From the NCBI GenBank assembly GCA_017477845.1, contig JAFUTR010000010.1, positions 11,282 through 75,281 on the forward strand: a stretch of DNA of 64,000 bases, written 5' to 3'. Origin of the DNA: Bacilli bacterium (GTDB lineage Bacteria > Bacillota_I > Bacilli_A > RF39 > UBA660). Under the pieces are notes generated by a model that saw only the letters and a list, made by a program, of their open reading frames with translations, did no database searches and was not told where the DNA came from. A program made the position numbers and the translations under genes. This document shows positions 28,663-38,945 of the stretch, one piece after another. The first letter of the stretch is position 1, and each line of letters begins with the position of its first letter.

Positions 28663-31584
28663 TTACGCAATTATTTTAGATTTTTCGATTATTATTTGAA
28701 AATCTTTTCTTTTTTCAACTTTTCCCTGCACTAAAAGGATATTTCCTTTTTTAAGTTCTTTTAAATTTTGATATTCTTTAGAAAATGCTATATACTCACA
28801 AGTTTTTATTTCATCACTTCCAGTAATAAAGGCCATTTCTTGTCCTGTTTTATCTTTATGTACTTTTATATTTTCAACAAGTACAATTGTATCTATTATC
28901 TTTCCTTGATAGGCTTTAATATCATTTAAGTTAATTACTTTATATTTATCTTTATATCTAGTAGTTGGATGATAACTTAAGTAGAATCCAAATAATTCTT
29001 TTTCTTTTGCCATTAGATAAGCTTGATCATATTCTTCTTTTATTTCAATAGTTGGATGCTCTATTAAATCTTGATTTAGTCCTTTAGCAATAAAGGCAAA
29101 TGTTAATAAGTTATCAAGATTAGTTATCAAAGTATTCTTGTTATAACCGAAACAGTCAAAACAAGAAGCATAAATAAGTGATTCTATTACCTTTTTATTT
29201 ATTCCTATTTCTTGAAGTTTAGTTAAGCATTCAAAGATATTTTTGAAGCCATCTCCTCTTTTTTCAACTATTAACAAGGCTGTATTTATTCCTATATTTT
29301 TTATATTTGAAAGTGGAAATAATATTCCATCATTTACTATTTCAAATACTTCTTTACTTTTATTGATATCAGGAAGATAAAACATTACTCCCTTGCTTCT
29401 TGCTTCTCTTATTATTGATGAAGTTTTTGAGTCATTTCCAATTATCATTGATAATATATTTAAATAAAAGTATTTAGAATAATGGACTTTTAAGTATGCC
29501 ATTTTATAGGCAATAAGTGAGTATGCTACAGCATGTGACTTGTTAAATCCATAACTTGCAAATGATAAGATATCATCATATATCTTCTTAGCTGTTTTAT
29601 AGTCATATCCATTTTTTAGTGATCCACTAATAAATTTTTCTTCTTGTACTTTTAAAAGTTCTTTTTTCTTTTTTGACATTGCTCGTCTTAAAGTATCAGC
29701 TTCTTGCATGGTAAATGATGCCATAACGTTTGCTATTTGCATTATTTGCTCTTGATAGACTAATACTCCATATGTAGGAGATAATATTTTTTCTAGTTTA
29801 TCATTCAAATAATTAACTTTTGTATTATTATTTTTTCTTTCAATATATGTCCTTGTATCTGGACCTGGTCTTACTAAAGCATCTGATGCTACTATGTCAC
29901 TAAAGTCTGTTACTTTTAGATTTGATAAGAGATTCTTCATTGTATCACTTTCAAACTGGAAGATTCCATTAGTATCAATATCATAGAATAATTTCAAGGT
30001 TTCTTTATCATCAAGTGGTATATCTAAAAAGTTTATTTCTTTGTTTTCATATTTCTTTATACTTTCTAAAATTTCCATGATAGTAGTAAGATTCCTATTA
30101 CCTAAAAAATCCATTTTTAAAAGTCCTAGTTCTTCAAGATAGCCCATTTCAAAGCCACTAATATATACTCCATCTTGTTTTATAAGTGGTATTATTTCAT
30201 CAAGATCTATTTCAGATATTATTATTCCTGATGCATGAACAGTTGTATTTTTAGGGAATCCTTCAAAATATGTTGAAATATCAAATAATTTTTTTAATCT
30301 TTCATCATTATCTATTATTCTTTTAAATTCTTCATTATTATTATAAATATCATTTAATTTGGAATTTAATTCAACAAATCTTTTTAATCTATCTGTTTTA
30401 TTTTGTTCTATTTTTAAAATTCTTGCTACATCATCAAGCACTGCTTTAGCTTTCAAAGTTCCAATAGCTATTATTCCCGCTACTTTCTTTTCTCCATATT
30501 TTTCTCTTGTATAATTAATTACTTCATCTCGATATGAATCTGGAAAATCTATATCGATATCGGGCATTGTTACTCTTCCTGGATTTAAGAATCTTTCAAA
30601 CAATAAGTCATACTTGATAGGATCAACGTCTATTATTCCAAGTGAGTATGCAACCAAGCTACCACCAGCGCTTCCTCTTCCAGGTCCTACTAATATTTTG
30701 TTTTTCTTGGCGTATTTGACATAGTCATAAACGATTAAAAAGTAATCAGAGAATCCCATTTTCTTAATTACATCAAGTTCATATAATAGTCTTTTTTTAT
30801 AATTATCTGAAACACTATTTTTAAGTCTAAGAGTTAATCCTTGAATACTTAAATTAGTTAAATATTCATCGCTTGATATATCAAATTTATTCTTGAAATG
30901 TGGTATCATATTCTTTCTTTTTGGAAACTCTAAGTCACACATTTCACTTATTTTATTAGTTTCTAAAAGAGTTTTTTTACTAACTAAGTTAAGTATATCT
31001 TCATAATCTAATATGTAGTTAAAATTATCTTGAAATTCTACATTATCAAAGACATTTTTCTTCTCCTTCATCATTATTGCATATTTATAATAATTGCTTT
31101 CCTTTTTAGTTAGGTATAATACTTCATTTATAAATACTAAATTATTTGTAATATTTTTAGCACTTTCTTCTTCAGTTTTCTTTGATACTCCAATATAAGT
31201 ATCAATAAATATATTCTTAAAAATATTATATAGATCAATACTTTTATAAGGAATTATACATACTATATCACTTCTATATTTTTCTAATAAATCTATAGTT
31301 AGTTCATCAATATTTGTATATATTTTAAGAATATTTTGATATCCTTTATAGTTTTTAGCATATAAAAGTACATTTTTTAATTCATATTTTATTGAAAGTC
31401 CTATAATTGGCTTAATGTTATTTTCATTAGCTAACTTATAAAAGTACATGGCACTTATTAAATTTTCATCAGTAAGTGCTACACTAGTTATGTTTTTACT
31501 CTTACATAATTTAATTAGTTCATCTATCTTAACAAGACTAGATAAAAATGTATAGTTACTTTTTATATAAAGTGGTGTGTACAT
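28663..31584 (-). CDS. dnaE: DNA polymerase III alpha subunit DnaE-type
   Basis: It is 973 aa. The N-terminal PHP domain is LTDENLISAMYFYK. The polymerase core includes GPGRGSAGGSLVAYSLGIIDVDP. Confidence 0.9.
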   Translation of the reverse strand: MYTPLYIKSNYTFLSSLVKIDELIKLCKSKNITSVALTDENLISAMYFYKLANENNIKPIIGLSIKYELKNVLLYAKNYKGYQNILKIYTNIDELTIDLLEKYRSDIVCIIPYKSIDLYNIFKNIFIDTYIGVSKKTEEESAKNITNNLVFINEVLYLTKKESNYYKYAIMMKEKKNVFDNVEFQDNFNYILDYEDILNLVSKKTLLETNKISEMCDLEFPKRKNMIPHFKNKFDISSDEYLTNLSIQGLTLRLKNSVSDNYKKRLLYELDVIKKMGFSDYFLIVYDYVKYAKKNKILVGPGRGSAGGSLVAYSLGIIDVDPIKYDLLFERFLNPGRVTMPDIDIDFPDSYRDEVINYTREKYGEKKVAGIIAIGTLKAKAVLDDVARILKIEQNKTDRLKRFVELNSKLNDIYNNNEEFKRIIDNDERLKKLFDISTYFEGFPKNTTVHASGIIISEIDLDEIIPLIKQDGVYISGFEMGYLEELGLLKMDFLGNRNLTTIMEILESIKKYENKEINFLDIPLDDKETLKLFYDIDTNGIFQFESDTMKNLLSNLKVTDFSDIVASDALVRPGPDTRTYIERKNNNTKVNYLNDKLEKILSPTYGVLVYQEQIMQIANVMASFTMQEADTLRRAMSKKKKELLKVQEEKFISGSLKNGYDYKTAKKIYDDILSFASYGFNKSHAVAYSLIAYKMAYLKVHYSKYFYLNILSMIIGNDSKTSSIIREARSKGVMFYLPDINKSKEVFEIVNDGILFPLSNIKNIGINTALLIVEKRGDGFKNIFECLTKLQEIGINKKVIESLIYASCFDCFGYNKNTLITNLDNLLTFAFIAKGLNQDLIEHPTIEIKEEYDQAYLMAKEKELFGFYLSYHPTTRYKDKYKVINLNDIKAYQGKIIDTIVLVENIKVHKDKTGQEMAFITGSDEIKTCEYIAFSKEYQNLKELKKGNILLVQGKVEKRKDFQIIIEKSKIIA

Positions 31585-31700
31585 ATAATTCCTCCTTTCT
31601 ATATGTATTATAACACAAAAGTAGTTGAAAATATTTGACTAAAGGCAAATTTTGTGATAAAGTTATTAAGCAAGTAATTTATTTATGAGGAGGTCTTATA

Positions 31701-31898
31701 ATGGCTATTAATATATCTAGTAGAAAACCTAATAAAAGAAAAAGAATTCGTTCTCATGCATTAAATACAACAAATAGTACTCAAGCTTTAAACTTACAAG
31801 TAGTTAGACTTGTTGATGGTACTAGAGTTAGAATTAGTGCTAAAGAAGCAAGAACTTTAAGAAAAGCTGATAGAGTAAATACTGAAGTAGAAGCTTAA
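31701..31898 (+). CDS. rpmB: 50S ribosomal protein L28
   Basis: It is 65 aa. ...RSHALNTTNSTQALNLQVVRL.DGTRVRISAKEARTL matches the L28 consensus. The RBS is GAGGAGG. Confidence 0.8.
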   Translation: MAINISSRKPNKRKRIRSHALNTTNSTQALNLQVVRLVDGTRVRISAKEARTLRKADRVNTEVEA

Positions 31899-31904
31899 TA
31901 AAAA

Positions 31905-31930
31905 ATATCTCGTCTTAGACGAGTTTTTTT
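31905..31930. terminator. Bidirectional rho-independent terminator (rpmB and divIVA)
   Basis: A CTCGTC-tta-GACGAG hairpin is followed by T7 and has an A-run before it. Confidence 0.55.
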
Positions 31931-31946
31931 GTGTTAAAAAAAAGGA

Positions 31947-32378
31947 CTATTTTAGTTCTAAGTCCTCTATTTCATCAATAACTGTTAATTGTTGTTCTAC
32001 GACAAGTTTTAATTTCTTTTTAAATATTCTCATATTTCTTTCAAGAGTATCGGTTTTAAGTTCAATTTTTTCTGCTCGTAGTAGTGCATCATTTACAATA
32101 CGTGAAGCATTTCTTCTTGCTTCTTCTATTATTACATTTTTTTCATCATATGCTTGTTTCTTTATGTCATTACTTGATTGTTGTGCTCTAAATAGTGCTG
32201 TCTTTAAATCATTTTCTATTCTTTTATAATTTTCTATCTCTTGTTTTAAAAGTTCAACTTCTTTTTGTTGTTTTTTCATTTTTCCAAGCATAGATTCAGT
32301 TTGTGTTATTACATTTTCAATAAATTTATTAACTTCTTGAATGTTATAACCTTTTTCTACTATTGTAAATTTGTCCAT
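31947..32378 (-). CDS. divIVA: DivIVA/GpsB-family coiled-coil division protein
   Basis: The N-terminal DivIVA-type motif is present (FTIVEKGYNIQEVNKFIENV) and the rest is coiled coil. Confidence 0.7.
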   Translation of the reverse strand: MDKFTIVEKGYNIQEVNKFIENVITQTESMLGKMKKQQKEVELLKQEIENYKRIENDLKTALFRAQQSSNDIKKQAYDEKNVIIEEARRNASRIVNDALLRAEKIELKTDTLERNMRIFKKKLKLVVEQQLTVIDEIEDLELK

Positions 32379-32412
32379 AGCTCCACCACCACTCTTTAGT
32401 TCTTGTTTTTAA

Positions 32413-32850
32413 TTACCAATTAAACTCGTCTTCTTCCTCATCAGCATTTTGTTTATTTGCTTTTGCTTGAGTTTTGTTTCCTTCTTTTCCTTTTAATCCT
32501 TCATCTGAGATTTTTCCTTCAACATTAACTGATTTTGGAGTACATAAGAAAATTCCTCCACCTAGTTTTTGTAAATCTCCTTCGATTGCATAAATTGTTC
32601 CACTTAAGAAATCCACTATTCTTTTAGCTTGATCTGGTGTTACTCTTCTTAAATTAACAACAACAGATGAATTTGTTTTTAAGTAATCTGCTATTTGTTG
32701 AGATTCTGAATAAGCACGTGGCTCTAAAAGAATCATAGTATTATCTTTTCTTACTACTTTACTTGCTACTGTCTCATCAGTTAATTCTTCATAACCATTC
32801 TCTTCTTGATTGTTTCCTGTAAATTTTTCAAATAATTTATTAAAAGCCAT
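32413..32850 (-). CDS. sepF: Cell division protein SepF
   Basis: The SepF core is …VVVNLRRVTPDQAKRIVDFLSGTIYAIEGDLQKLGGGIFLCTP. The RBS is GGAGGA. Confidence 0.8.
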   Translation of the reverse strand: MAFNKLFEKFTGNNQEENGYEELTDETVASKVVRKDNTMILLEPRAYSESQQIADYLKTNSSVVVNLRRVTPDQAKRIVDFLSGTIYAIEGDLQKLGGGIFLCTPKSVNVEGKISDEGLKGKEGNKTQAKANKQNADEEEDEFNW

Positions 32851-32908
32851 AATAATCCTCCATAGTCTATATAATCATTCTAACACATATTATTTATTTT
32901 TTAAAGCA

Positions 32909-34702
32909 TTAATTTAATGCATACCAGATTTTTGCAACATCACTGTTGTTACTATATGGTTCTGGTGATGGTTTATCCATCTTAATTGATACTGGGACTT
33001 TAAAAGCACTTCCAAATGCTATCGCACTTCCCGGTTGTAAAGTTTTAAGTATAGCAATTACTTCATCTGTTACGTTTGGAACCATTTCTTTAATATATTG
33101 CAAGTCTTTCGGATGAAGTGTTCTTAATACAATGAAGTTTGAGCATTGTGAAATACTTGTTTCACTAAGTTCACTAGGTCTTTGAGTAATAAGTCCAAGT
33201 ATTACTCCATATTTTCTTCCCTCTTTGGTAATTCTATCAAAGATATTGTATCCAAGTAGTTCTTGATCTATATCTTTTTGAACATATCTGTGTGCTTCCT
33301 CTATTATTATATGAAATGGGAATTTCCCACGATTTTCGCTGTTGGCTGCTACTTCAAATAATAATCTTGAAATAATTTTAGTTATTGATTTAGCAGTTCT
33401 ATCATCTATATAGTTAATATTAAAACCAACTAGTTGAGCTTTACCACCATCATAAGTTGTCATCAAGTCTCTTATATATCCACTTTTCGTAACCATTTGA
33501 CCATAATTGAAGTATTCTTTATATTCTCCATTTGCCAAAGCATGTAGTCTAACTGATAAGATGTTTGCATAGTCAAATACTTTATCACTTTTTAAAATAC
33601 CTTCTGATATTAAAGCAAAGTTTAATGCTTGCTCTAAGTCATCTAGATTGTACATTACATTTCCTTTTGGATTAGGTATTTCAAATCCTTCAATTATAAA
33701 TGTTGAAATAAAGTTTACAACTAGTTCCATTTCTTGCATTTTTCCAGAATTATCTACATAGATACATTGTTTTAATGTTCTAACGTAACCTGGTTGTATT
33801 ATTTGACTTTCTAGACTTAACATATCTGTATGAAATGTGGAAAGAACTGCTGTTATTTGATCTCTTATTTTAATTGAGTCTTTTCCACTTTGTAATATAT
33901 CAAGTACTGCTCTTGCGATAATATCATTTTTGCACTTGATTGCTTCTTCATCAGTTCCTTTTAAAATAGGCACAAGTTTCAAAGCTTTTTCAATTATTGG
34001 TAATTGGCTAGCTTCAGTTGCTCCAAGTAAAAGTGCTATATCATCAACATCTAAAAGCCATAAAGGAATTCTTAAAAGTTCACTATCTTTATCTTTAGTT
34101 TCTATGTTTGTCGTATATGATTTATAATTCAACTGGTTATTAAATTCATGTAAAAATGAGAATGCGTTTTTATATTCTCCATAAGCATCAAAGACAAAGA
34201 CGCTAGCATTAACTGGTAGATACTTTGATGTTGTAAAGATATTTTGAATAATTCTTGCAAATGTACAACTTTTTCCACTACCAGTGTTACCTAAAATGGC
34301 AAAGTGGTTACTAAAGAAATTATTTACTCCAACATTTATACGATATCCATTATAAATAGCAGATTTTCCAAGATACATATGTTCACTATCACTTACTTCT
34401 TGAGGCCCAAGTACTAGTTCTAGTTCTTCTTTGTTTATTATTCTTACTACTGATGCAAAAGATGGTTTAGCATTTATTCCTGGAATAAAGGCATCATCTT
34501 GTAACTCTCCCACTATTCCTACAACAATATCTTGAATAGTAACTTTAAGTATTTCTCCCACTATTCTTTTTGTACCATCATCAAATACAACATGAATATT
34601 CATTAAGTTTCCATATCCTGAAACGTTAAATTCTATTTTAATTGTTACATAGTTACCGTTAATATCAACAATTTTACCCAAGTTCCCTATCATATTCTTC
34701 AC
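32909..34702 (-). CDS. HerA-family (FtsK-HerA superfamily, DUF87-like) ATPase with an N-terminal HAS barrel
   Basis: The N-terminal β-barrel region is followed by Walker A (GNTGSGKS), Walker B (HIIIEEAHRY) and a conserved TQRPS…SQC..FIVLR motif. It ends 58 nt upstream of sepF. Confidence 0.65.
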   Translation of the reverse strand: MKNMIGNLGKIVDINGNYVTIKIEFNVSGYGNLMNIHVVFDDGTKRIVGEILKVTIQDIVVGIVGELQDDAFIPGINAKPSFASVVRIINKEELELVLGPQEVSDSEHMYLGKSAIYNGYRINVGVNNFFSNHFAILGNTGSGKSCTFARIIQNIFTTSKYLPVNASVFVFDAYGEYKNAFSFLHEFNNQLNYKSYTTNIETKDKDSELLRIPLWLLDVDDIALLLGATEASQLPIIEKALKLVPILKGTDEEAIKCKNDIIARAVLDILQSGKDSIKIRDQITAVLSTFHTDMLSLESQIIQPGYVRTLKQCIYVDNSGKMQEMELVVNFISTFIIEGFEIPNPKGNVMYNLDDLEQALNFALISEGILKSDKVFDYANILSVRLHALANGEYKEYFNYGQMVTKSGYIRDLMTTYDGGKAQLVGFNINYIDDRTAKSITKIISRLLFEVAANSENRGKFPFHIIIEEAHRYVQKDIDQELLGYNIFDRITKEGRKYGVILGLITQRPSELSETSISQCSNFIVLRTLHPKDLQYIKEMVPNVTDEVIAILKTLQPGSAIAFGSAFKVPVSIKMDKPSPEPYSNNSDVAKIWYALN

Positions 34703-34790
34703 CTATTTTAAATTATAACATACTTTTAGAAAAAAGGAGAGTATTTTTTTAGTTTATAGTTGATAAAATAAAATTTTATTTGGAATTCAT

Positions 34791-34828
34791 TTTTTTATAA
34801 AAAATAGGAAGAAAAATTTCTTCCTATT
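34791..34828 (-). terminator. Rho-independent terminator after the DUF285 protein gene
   Basis: An ATAGGAAGAAA/TTTCTTCCTAT hairpin is followed by TTTTTTATAAAAAA on the minus strand. Confidence 0.5.
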
Positions 34829-37800
34829 GTAATAAAGATCCTTTAACTACATTAGAGTTACTAGACTTTGTTGCAATTATATTATCTATATTTGTTGTAG
34901 CACTAGAGTAATTAACTGTAATTAATGCACTAGAGTCTGTTGCAGCATTATCAAATGCACCAATATATGTTGTAGGATTACTATATATAGAAAGTGTTGC
35001 TTTTGCTTTTGGAGATTCTCTAAACATATAAGAAATATTTGTAGCATACACCTTTAATGTACCAATGCTATTAAACGTTGTGGCACTTCGTCCTGCATAA
35101 GAAAACATTTGCTCCATATTTGTTACGTTTGATGTATCCCAATTACTTAAATCTCCTATACCCCATGTTGTGGCACTATAGCCTGCAGAATTAAACATAT
35201 ATTGCATATTTGTTACGTTTGATGTGTCCCAATTACTTAAATCTCCTATACCCCATGTTGTGGCATTATAGCCTGCATTTGAAAACATTTTATACATTGT
35301 TGTTACGCTTGATACATCCCAATCACTTAAATCTCCTATACCCCATGTTGTGGCATTATAGCCTGCAGAATCAAACATTTGATACATTGTTGTTACACTT
35401 GATACATCCCAATCACTTAAATCTCCGATGCTCCATGATGTGGCACTATAGCCTGCTCGATTAAACATACTATCCATATTTGTTACATTTGATGTATCCC
35501 AATTACCTAAATCTAGATTAAAAGATGATGCACCTCTACCTGCATAAGAAAACATAGAACTCATATTTGTTACGTTTGATGTATCCCAATTACTTAAATC
35601 TCCTATACCCCATGTTGTGGCACTATAGCCTGCATTTAAAAACATATATTGCAGATTTGTTATGTTTGAGGTGTCCCAACTACTTAAATCCAAATTAAAT
35701 GTTGTGGCATTATAGCCTGCATTTGAAAACATTTTATACATTGTTGTTACACTTGATACATCCCAATCACTTAAATCTCCTATCCCCCATGTTGTGGCAC
35801 TATACCCTGCATAATAAAACATATTATCCATACGTGTTACACTTGATACGTCCCAATTACTTAAGTCGCCTATACTCCATGTTGTGTCACTATAGCCTGC
35901 ATATTGAAACATAGTAGTCATAGTTGTTACATTTGAAGTATTCCAACTGCTTAAGTTTCCAATGTTCCATGTTGTGGCTTTATATCCTGCATAAGAAAAC
36001 ATACCATCCATACGTGTTATACTTGATATATTCCATGAACTTAAATCTAAACTAAATGTTGTGGCATTTCGTCCTGCATTAGAAAACATACTATCCATGC
36101 GTGTTACATTTGATGTATCCCATGAATTAAAATCTAAGCTAAATGTTGTGGCACTATAGCCTGCATTAAAAAACATTCCATACATAGTTGTCACACTTGA
36201 TGTATCCCAACTACTTAATTCTCCAATATTCCATGTTGTGGCACTATATCCTGTATTATTAAACATATATTGCATATCTTTAACTTTCAATGTATTAAAG
36301 CTATTTAATCCTGTTATACTAAATGAAGTTGAATTATAACCAGTATTGTAAAACATATATTTCATATTACCTACTAATGTTGTACTATAATTTGATAAAT
36401 CTATTGTAGTTACATTTTTAAAATTAGAAAACGTGTAACTACTATTTGGATTGGCTAGTACTCCTCCATCTTGTCCTATATATAATTCATATTTTCCGTT
36501 TGAATCATCATCTTTATACCATGCCATTACACTTCCGTTTTGTGAATCAGATACATCCCACGAATCTATTGCATTACTTGGTACTGTTTTATTATTTACT
36601 GTCGTTATAGATTCAAAATTATCTCTTGATATCGCCTTTCCAAAAGTCGAACCTATTCCACCATTATGTTTCATAAGTGTATTTGTAGTTACTGGTAAAT
36701 CTATCACATATGGATTTGTCATAGATCCATTACCAGAGATATACTCTATTCCTTCTATTAATGATATTACTGGTCTTATACCAATATTAGAATAAATAGG
36801 AATGTAATCAATACTATTACTAATTGTTTTAATGTATAGAGAGGAGGAAGATTTATGACTAGGTGATAAAGTAAAGTAAATATTTGTATTTTCTCTTACA
36901 TTATTGTTATTTAACAGGTTCATTTCTGGTACTGATATTAGTCCTACTTTATAAGTAAGTTTTGCACTATTATTGGATGCACTAAATTTATCAGTAGTAT
37001 TAGTACAACTTAAATCACTTGTTGGTGTATATTCTTTAAATATCAAGTTGTTACTATTTGTTGTTGATCCTCCATTTGGATTCCAGTTTTCTCCAACTGT
37101 TGTTACTGTTCTATCATTACAATATATTGTATCATCAATATATGTATTATATCCTGCAAGTAGTTTATCTTGATACCATTCGTCTATTTTTCCTTTTATT
37201 GCTGAATCGTACTTATTAACATCACTTGCATATAAAGCATCATATAATATATTATTTGTATTCGCTAAATCTGTGCTTGCATATTTTCCTTCAGGTATTG
37301 CTACTGAATTTGATGCTGTATTTGTTGTATAATATACATAATTATAATCTTTACAAACTCCACTTAGGTTATAACATGTATAATGACTTTTTGATAAAGA
37401 CTGATATCCACAACTACTTATTTTACTGTTTCCAGTAAAACAATTGGAAGTATTTGTATTAGACCAGTCATACACATATTGTAATGATCCTTCTTCATTA
37501 TTATTTCCTACTAACTTATAGTTGTCATTATATGACTCTATTCCATATCCATATTTATACATAGGCCTATAAGTAAAATTAGTTACTGTTGTTGCTGTTA
37601 CATATCCTATTGCATCTACTTTACTTGTTGTTCTTGTATCACTACATGTATTAGCACCTGTTGTCTCATTATACGTATAGTATCCTTGAAGGCATACAAA
37701 CTTATTATTCATATTAGAATATTTGTTATACCAGTCTTTTCTGTTTACTTCTTCGACATTTCCAGTAAGAGTAAATGTCCCATCTCCATTATCAGTTATT

Positions 37801-38945
37801 CCACTTCCAAATAAATATTTATATGATTTATCATTTATTCCTTTCGAATCAGAAAGAGATGCACTATACATTATTGGATTAGTTCCACTTGTGTCTATCC
37901 CTGATATGTAATACATTCCTGTACTTCCACTTGTTGACGTTGTGCTTCCTATAGTATATTTCCCTACCCAAGATGAAGGATAATTTGCTATTGTATTACC
38001 TATCACTCCATTAACTAAAATATAATTTGATCCTACCATATAACTTTCACTATAGTAGTAATTACCATATGTAGTTAAAGTACTACTATTTAAGGTCGTA
38101 TTTGTAAGCATAGTTATACTTTTACTTTGTGTTTGTGATGAAATCAAGTATTTATTATTATGCATATATCCTACACCACTTATTGCACTATCATTAAATT
38201 TACTTGTTCCTAATCTATCTCTATATGTTGATTGATATACATAAGCGCTTGTGCCGCTAGACTGGCTGTCAACCTTATATAAAATTGTACATGTTCCTGT
38301 TTGGCTGGTACTTTTACATGTATATGGATAGTTAACTGCAATACTTGCTATTTGTGCTTCAGCATTACTACTTGTTACACTTACTTGGGTTGGATTTGTT
38401 AATGTATATGTTGTTGTGCTTCCTGATACACTTGTTGTATATTGATTACTATAATAATAGTTTCCTGATAAACTTGTAGTTGTTTGGTTAACTCCTATAT
38501 GGTTAGGTCTTGTGTCACTACAATCGTATGTGACTACTCCAGCGTTTTCTTCTATCGTTGGTTCTCCGTTATATAGTAGCCTTACTCCTCCTGTGTCTGT
38601 TGTTCTAATCATCTGCCAACACATTCCTGCAAATACTACATTAAATTTGTCTCTTATTTCAGTTCCTGCTGTGTTATCTGCTGCATACCAATAATAAATA
38701 TCTTCTGTTGAAAGTGATGCGTTAATCGAATCTTGATGACTTCCCGTGTATTTTTTTGCATATACTCCTTTATCACCTGCTGTTTTTAAAACATTATATA
38801 AAGTTGGAATACCTGGTATTAAAACATCGCTATTAATGTTTAAAGTAGTAGATAAAGCAGAATAACCAATGCTTATAAAAGGAATAAATATCATAAGTAA
38901 AAGAAGCATCATTTGTTTATATTTTCTTTTTGTGCTTTTATTCAT
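34824..38945 (-). CDS. Giant surface protein (1373 aa) with about 15 tandem 26-aa DUF285-type repeats (Mycoplasma/BspA-like)
   Basis: It has an N-terminal signal peptide or anchor. The C-terminal half repeats the unit ...WxIGDLSxWDTSNVTxMxxMFxxAGYSATT... at DNA and protein level. Confidence 0.75.
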   Translation of the reverse strand: MNKSTKRKYKQMMLLLLMIFIPFISIGYSALSTTLNINSDVLIPGIPTLYNVLKTAGDKGVYAKKYTGSHQDSINASLSTEDIYYWYAADNTAGTEIRDKFNVVFAGMCWQMIRTTDTGGVRLLYNGEPTIEENAGVVTYDCSDTRPNHIGVNQTTTSLSGNYYYSNQYTTSVSGSTTTYTLTNPTQVSVTSSNAEAQIASIAVNYPYTCKSTSQTGTCTILYKVDSQSSGTSAYVYQSTYRDRLGTSKFNDSAISGVGYMHNNKYLISSQTQSKSITMLTNTTLNSSTLTTYGNYYYSESYMVGSNYILVNGVIGNTIANYPSSWVGKYTIGSTTSTSGSTGMYYISGIDTSGTNPIMYSASLSDSKGINDKSYKYLFGSGITDNGDGTFTLTGNVEEVNRKDWYNKYSNMNNKFVCLQGYYTYNETTGANTCSDTRTTSKVDAIGYVTATTVTNFTYRPMYKYGYGIESYNDNYKLVGNNNEEGSLQYVYDWSNTNTSNCFTGNSKISSCGYQSLSKSHYTCYNLSGVCKDYNYVYYTTNTASNSVAIPEGKYASTDLANTNNILYDALYASDVNKYDSAIKGKIDEWYQDKLLAGYNTYIDDTIYCNDRTVTTVGENWNPNGGSTTNSNNLIFKEYTPTSDLSCTNTTDKFSASNNSAKLTYKVGLISVPEMNLLNNNNVRENTNIYFTLSPSHKSSSSLYIKTISNSIDYIPIYSNIGIRPVISLIEGIEYISGNGSMTNPYVIDLPVTTNTLMKHNGGIGSTFGKAISRDNFESITTVNNKTVPSNAIDSWDVSDSQNGSVMAWYKDDDSNGKYELYIGQDGGVLANPNSSYTFSNFKNVTTIDLSNYSTTLVGNMKYMFYNTGYNSTSFSITGLNSFNTLKVKDMQYMFNNTGYSATTWNIGELSSWDTSSVTTMYGMFFNAGYSATTFSLDFNSWDTSNVTRMDSMFSNAGRNATTFSLDLSSWNISSITRMDGMFSYAGYKATTWNIGNLSSWNTSNVTTMTTMFQYAGYSDTTWSIGDLSNWDVSSVTRMDNMFYYAGYSATTWGIGDLSDWDVSSVTTMYKMFSNAGYNATTFNLDLSSWDTSNITNLQYMFLNAGYSATTWGIGDLSNWDTSNVTNMSSMFSYAGRGASSFNLDLGNWDTSNVTNMDSMFNRAGYSATSWSIGDLSDWDVSSVTTMYQMFDSAGYNATTWGIGDLSDWDVSSVTTMYKMFSNAGYNATTWGIGDLSNWDTSNVTNMQYMFNSAGYSATTWGIGDLSNWDTSNVTNMEQMFSYAGRSATTFNSIGTLKVYATNISYMFRESPKAKATLSIYSNPTTYIGAFDNAATDSSALITVNYSSATTNIDNIIATKSSNSNVVKGSLLQ
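34950..36420. repeat. Tandem ~78-bp coding repeats (DUF285 units)
   Basis: The repeated nucleotide strings explain the spurious plus-strand ORFs 35210..35464 and 35699..35914. Confidence 0.7.

Noticed and set aside
35210-35914. Plus-strand ORFs (35210..35464, 35699..35914 and others) inside the giant surface-protein gene, with repeated peptide motifs (MLWHYSLH…)
   Set aside because: They are reverse-strand read-throughs of the ~78-bp DUF285 coding repeats. They lack RBSs and lie wholly within a well-supported minus-strand gene.
34950-36420. A possible CRISPR array suggested by regular repeats
   Set aside because: The repeats are imperfect, contiguous without unique spacers, and in frame within a protein-coding gene. 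No cas genes are present.
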